A stretch of 64,000 nucleotides of DNA from Promethearchaeota archaeon (GTDB lineage: Archaea; Asgardarchaeota; Lokiarchaeia; Sigyniarchaeales; SOKP01): positions 1-64,000 of the forward strand of contig JAHPZE010000003.1 in the NCBI GenBank assembly GCA_019058365.1. The letters run 5' to 3'. This document shows, piece after piece, positions 61,392 through 64,000 of the stretch. The notes below the pieces were generated by a model. The model had not been told where the DNA came from and did no database searches. It saw only the letters and a program-made list of their open reading frames with translations. The stretch's first letter is position 1; every line of letters starts with the position of its first letter. The position numbers and the translations under genes are program-made.

Positions 61392-62165
61392 ATGGGCAAA
61401 GAAAAAAAAACACTTGGAATAAAAACAACAAGATATTTTACAAAAAATTGTTCTAAGTGTAATTTTGAATATCCTAATTGGTTTACTAATTGCCCTAAAT
61501 GCGGAGCAGCATGGGATGATACAGAAATTATCACTACTCCAAAGGAAGCTCATAAAAAAACAATTAAAATTGTTGTAAAAATCACAGAAGAAACTTTTAA
61601 TAAAGCTATTTTTATAGTAAATTTAATTTTTAGTGCTGATCAAGGGAAATCATGGTACCAAATGGAAATGGAATCTAAAATGGACTATTACATAGCTGAA
61701 ATTGCTGAAGTTCCCATTGGTTCGATTATCATTTATTACGTCGAAGTCTGTTTAGAAGATGGAGAGAGAATAATAGAAAATAATGATAATAAATACTTTT
61801 TTTATAAAGTGGGAGTCCCAATTGGAGAAATCGAATCCGAAACTCCCAAACCAGAACGAAAAGCGTTAGAAAAAAATATTAAAGAAATCCCTATTAAACC
61901 CCAAAAGTATACTAAACCTCCCTTAGAATTATCAGCAGAAAAAACTTATGTTACTAAAGAAATGGTTGAAAAATCCACTTTAGTTCCTCAAGATCAAATT
62001 AAAGCTCCTGTAGAAGAAAATCCTTATGAATATAATAAAGTTGAACCGACAATATTTGGGAAACCTCAAACACAAATCGATCCCGAATTAAAAGTATGCA
62101 TCCATTGTAAATCAAAAATTAAAAAAATGTGGAGTATTTGTCCAATTTGTGGAAAATCGCTCTGA
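61392..62165 (+). CDS. Protein with zinc ribbons at both ends and a central beta-rich domain
   Basis: CSKC..CPKC; beta-rich W.QM.M...YY.E segment; low-complexity linker; CIHC..CPIC. Confidence 0.7.
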   Translation: MGKEKKTLGIKTTRYFTKNCSKCNFEYPNWFTNCPKCGAAWDDTEIITTPKEAHKKTIKIVVKITEETFNKAIFIVNLIFSADQGKSWYQMEMESKMDYYIAEIAEVPIGSIIIYYVEVCLEDGERIIENNDNKYFFYKVGVPIGEIESETPKPERKALEKNIKEIPIKPQKYTKPPLELSAEKTYVTKEMVEKSTLVPQDQIKAPVEENPYEYNKVEPTIFGKPQTQIDPELKVCIHCKSKIKKMWSICPICGKSL

Positions 62166-62269
62166 CTTAAACGATTAAACTACCTAAATGTGAAACATAC
62201 TAAAAATTTAGAAATGCATTTTAAAAGAAGGACAGAAGATATAAAAATGACTTGATTCTAAACCATATA

Positions 62270-63889
62270 TTATAACGGGGCTCCACATTTATTACAAAAT
62301 TGATAATCGCTCGACAAAATTGCTCCACATTGTTGACAAATAATAATTTCTTTTTCTGAGGGTTTTGATACTTCTGATTGAACTGGTTTGCTTTCTATAT
62401 CTGGTATATTTGGTATAATTCTTAATTTACTAACCTCTTGAGTTTCAGATCTTTTTTTTGGTGTAAATGGCATAAAATCTGCGACTATAGGTTTCTCTGT
62501 CTCATCAGTTTTTTGACTTAAAGTTTGAAATAGAGAGGGTGTGCTTGATACTTCTGCTGTTGGGGTGGTAGGGACTGGGACTGTAGTTTTAGATTCTAAT
62601 TTTTCTTTCTTTTCTTTTTTTGGTTTTTCTTTTTTTTCTTTCTTAGCTTTTTTCATATCCTCTAATAATTTTTGTTGCCTTTCCTTTTCTTCTTGGAGTT
62701 TTTTCTCCTTCTCCGCTTTCTTTTTCTGCTTTTCAGCCTTTTTCATATCTTTCTTAGAATAAACTGGTTCTGGTAAGTTATCCATCAAAGAATCTGATTT
62801 TGTTTCTTGGGTATCTTGTGGCATTAAAAAAGGAGCACCACTTGAAGGTTTACTATCAATAGATGGTGTTACCAATGGAGATTGAAATCCTTCTGGTGCA
62901 GGAGCTGGAACTGGTACATTTGATGTAAAAGGTACTGCTTTTGGTTTATATATTTCATCTCTCCTCGTTGTAATGTTTGGTTCAGAAGGACTATGTAGTT
63001 GTTCTTCAGACAATTCATTCATTAATATTTCTTCTGGTGTTTTAAAGTCGAAAACGACGGGTTGTTTACTTGTTTTTTCAATTTGTGATTCTGGTAAAGG
63101 TATTTCTGGTTCAAATTCAGGTTCAAATATAGTTGTTGGTTCTGGAACTGGTGGAGCTTCAAACTCAAATTCAGGTTCTGGTTCAAATGTTGAACTTGGT
63201 TCAATATTTCCGGGAGATATAGGTTCTGGAACGGGTGGAGCTTCAAACTCAAATTCAGGTTCTAATTGCCTTAAAGGTGTTGGATAGGTTCCTGTTGCTG
63301 TTGTGAGAATTTGACCAGGACTGAACACAATTCCTTTTGAAATTAACTGATCGGGGACTCCTGATCCGATCATTAAACATGCAAGAATATAAAAACAATC
63401 ACCAACCCCTTCACCCGTTTTCGCTGAAGTTTCCATATAATACAAATTAAATTTACTTGTGAAATCATTAATTTCTTCAATGGAGACAGCTCTTAATTCG
63501 GTCAAATCACTTTTATTACCAACAAGGAGTAAAGGAATCTCTGTTTTAACATTCGCTCTTACTTCTTCTATCCATTGAGGAAGGTGTTCAAAGCTTGCAC
63601 CATTAGTAAGATCGAAGATCAATAATGCTCCTAAAGATCCTCTATAATACATTGGTCTAATTGAACTAAACCTCTCCTGTCCTCCGGTATCCCATATTTG
63701 AAGCTTTGCTCGTATTGAGCCTTCGACAGAATCGATATTAATTGTTTTTACGTGGAAATCTACCCCAATCGTCATTTTATAATCTTCAGTGAAAAAACCC
63801 TTACTAAATCTGAGAGTTAAAGCAGTTTTTCCGACTCCACCATCTCCTACGACAATCGATTTAAAGAGATAATCATATTCTTCAGCCAT
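62270..63889 (-). CDS. Rab-like small GTPase with long Pro/Glu-rich tail and C-terminal zinc ribbon
   Basis: YDYLFK, GDGGVGKT, TIGVDF, KLQIWDTGGQERF, YYRG, GNKSD, ETSAK; CQQC..CNKC. Confidence 0.9.
   Translation of the reverse strand: MAEEYDYLFKSIVVGDGGVGKTALTLRFSKGFFTEDYKMTIGVDFHVKTINIDSVEGSIRAKLQIWDTGGQERFSSIRPMYYRGSLGALLIFDLTNGASFEHLPQWIEEVRANVKTEIPLLLVGNKSDLTELRAVSIEEINDFTSKFNLYYMETSAKTGEGVGDCFYILACLMIGSGVPDQLISKGIVFSPGQILTTATGTYPTPLRQLEPEFEFEAPPVPEPISPGNIEPSSTFEPEPEFEFEAPPVPEPTTIFEPEFEPEIPLPESQIEKTSKQPVVFDFKTPEEILMNELSEEQLHSPSEPNITTRRDEIYKPKAVPFTSNVPVPAPAPEGFQSPLVTPSIDSKPSSGAPFLMPQDTQETKSDSLMDNLPEPVYSKKDMKKAEKQKKKAEKEKKLQEEKERQQKLLEDMKKAKKEKKEKPKKEKKEKLESKTTVPVPTTPTAEVSSTPSLFQTLSQKTDETEKPIVADFMPFTPKKRSETQEVSKLRIIPNIPDIESKPVQSEVSKPSEKEIIICQQCGAILSSDYQFCNKCGAPL
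63138..63263. repeat. 42-bp intragenic direct repeat (63138-63179 and 63222-63263)
   Basis: One mismatch between copies; encodes EPEFEFEAPPVPEP twice on the minus strand. Confidence 0.85.
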
Positions 63890-64000
63890 TACACGTCCCT
63901 ATATTACATTTCAATTTATTATATAATGAAATATTTTCTAAAATGGTCTAGCTTTTATATATTATAACTATAAATACAAATTTATAATTTTATTTATAAA

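Noticed and set aside
2028-63287. Numerous short ORFs antisense to or nested in long genes (e.g. 3671, 4028, 7611, 8719, 29024, 34811, 39402, 53559, 62973)
   Set aside because: Shadow ORFs of well-supported genes
1-64000. CRISPR arrays, rRNA, IS elements, SECIS elements
   Set aside because: No repeat-spacer arrays, long GC-rich structural RNA, transposase or convincing SECIS/selenoprotein seen by eye

Overview
Very AT-rich archaeal chromosomal window. The gene content points to an Asgard archaeon, most likely Lokiarchaeia (inference). Core archaeal genes include cdc6/orc1, PolD DP1 and DP2, rpo5 with an unsplit rpo2, TFE, MBF1, PAN, NAC, Cbf5, pelota, CarS, RtcB and archease. Eukaryotic-signature-type proteins include a roadblock-GTPase fusion, a Rab-like GTPase, a longin protein, an Ost5/TMEM258-like protein, a BAR-like protein, WH2/polyproline proteins and a KITE/MAGE-like protein. 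The strongest unusual signal is in elf1: a 31-nt insert (14088-14118) begins with an in-frame TGA and folds into a bulge-helix-bulge (BHB) splice substrate. Its precise removal restores the CPEC zinc knuckle, so it is a candidate endonuclease-spliced mRNA intron. All three tRNA genes carry introns at non-canonical positions (Leu has two), and the RtcB/archease ligase pair lies in the same window. Other points of interest are an 8-gene minus-strand cluster (AAA ATPase, degenerate SMC-like protein, KITE-like protein), a possible actin/membrane module (BAR-like, polyproline, unannotated 50-aa WH2 peptide), tandem AN1-zinc-finger intramembrane protease and pseudoprotease genes, and an intein in nrdD. 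All family assignments are by eye from motifs; no searches were run.
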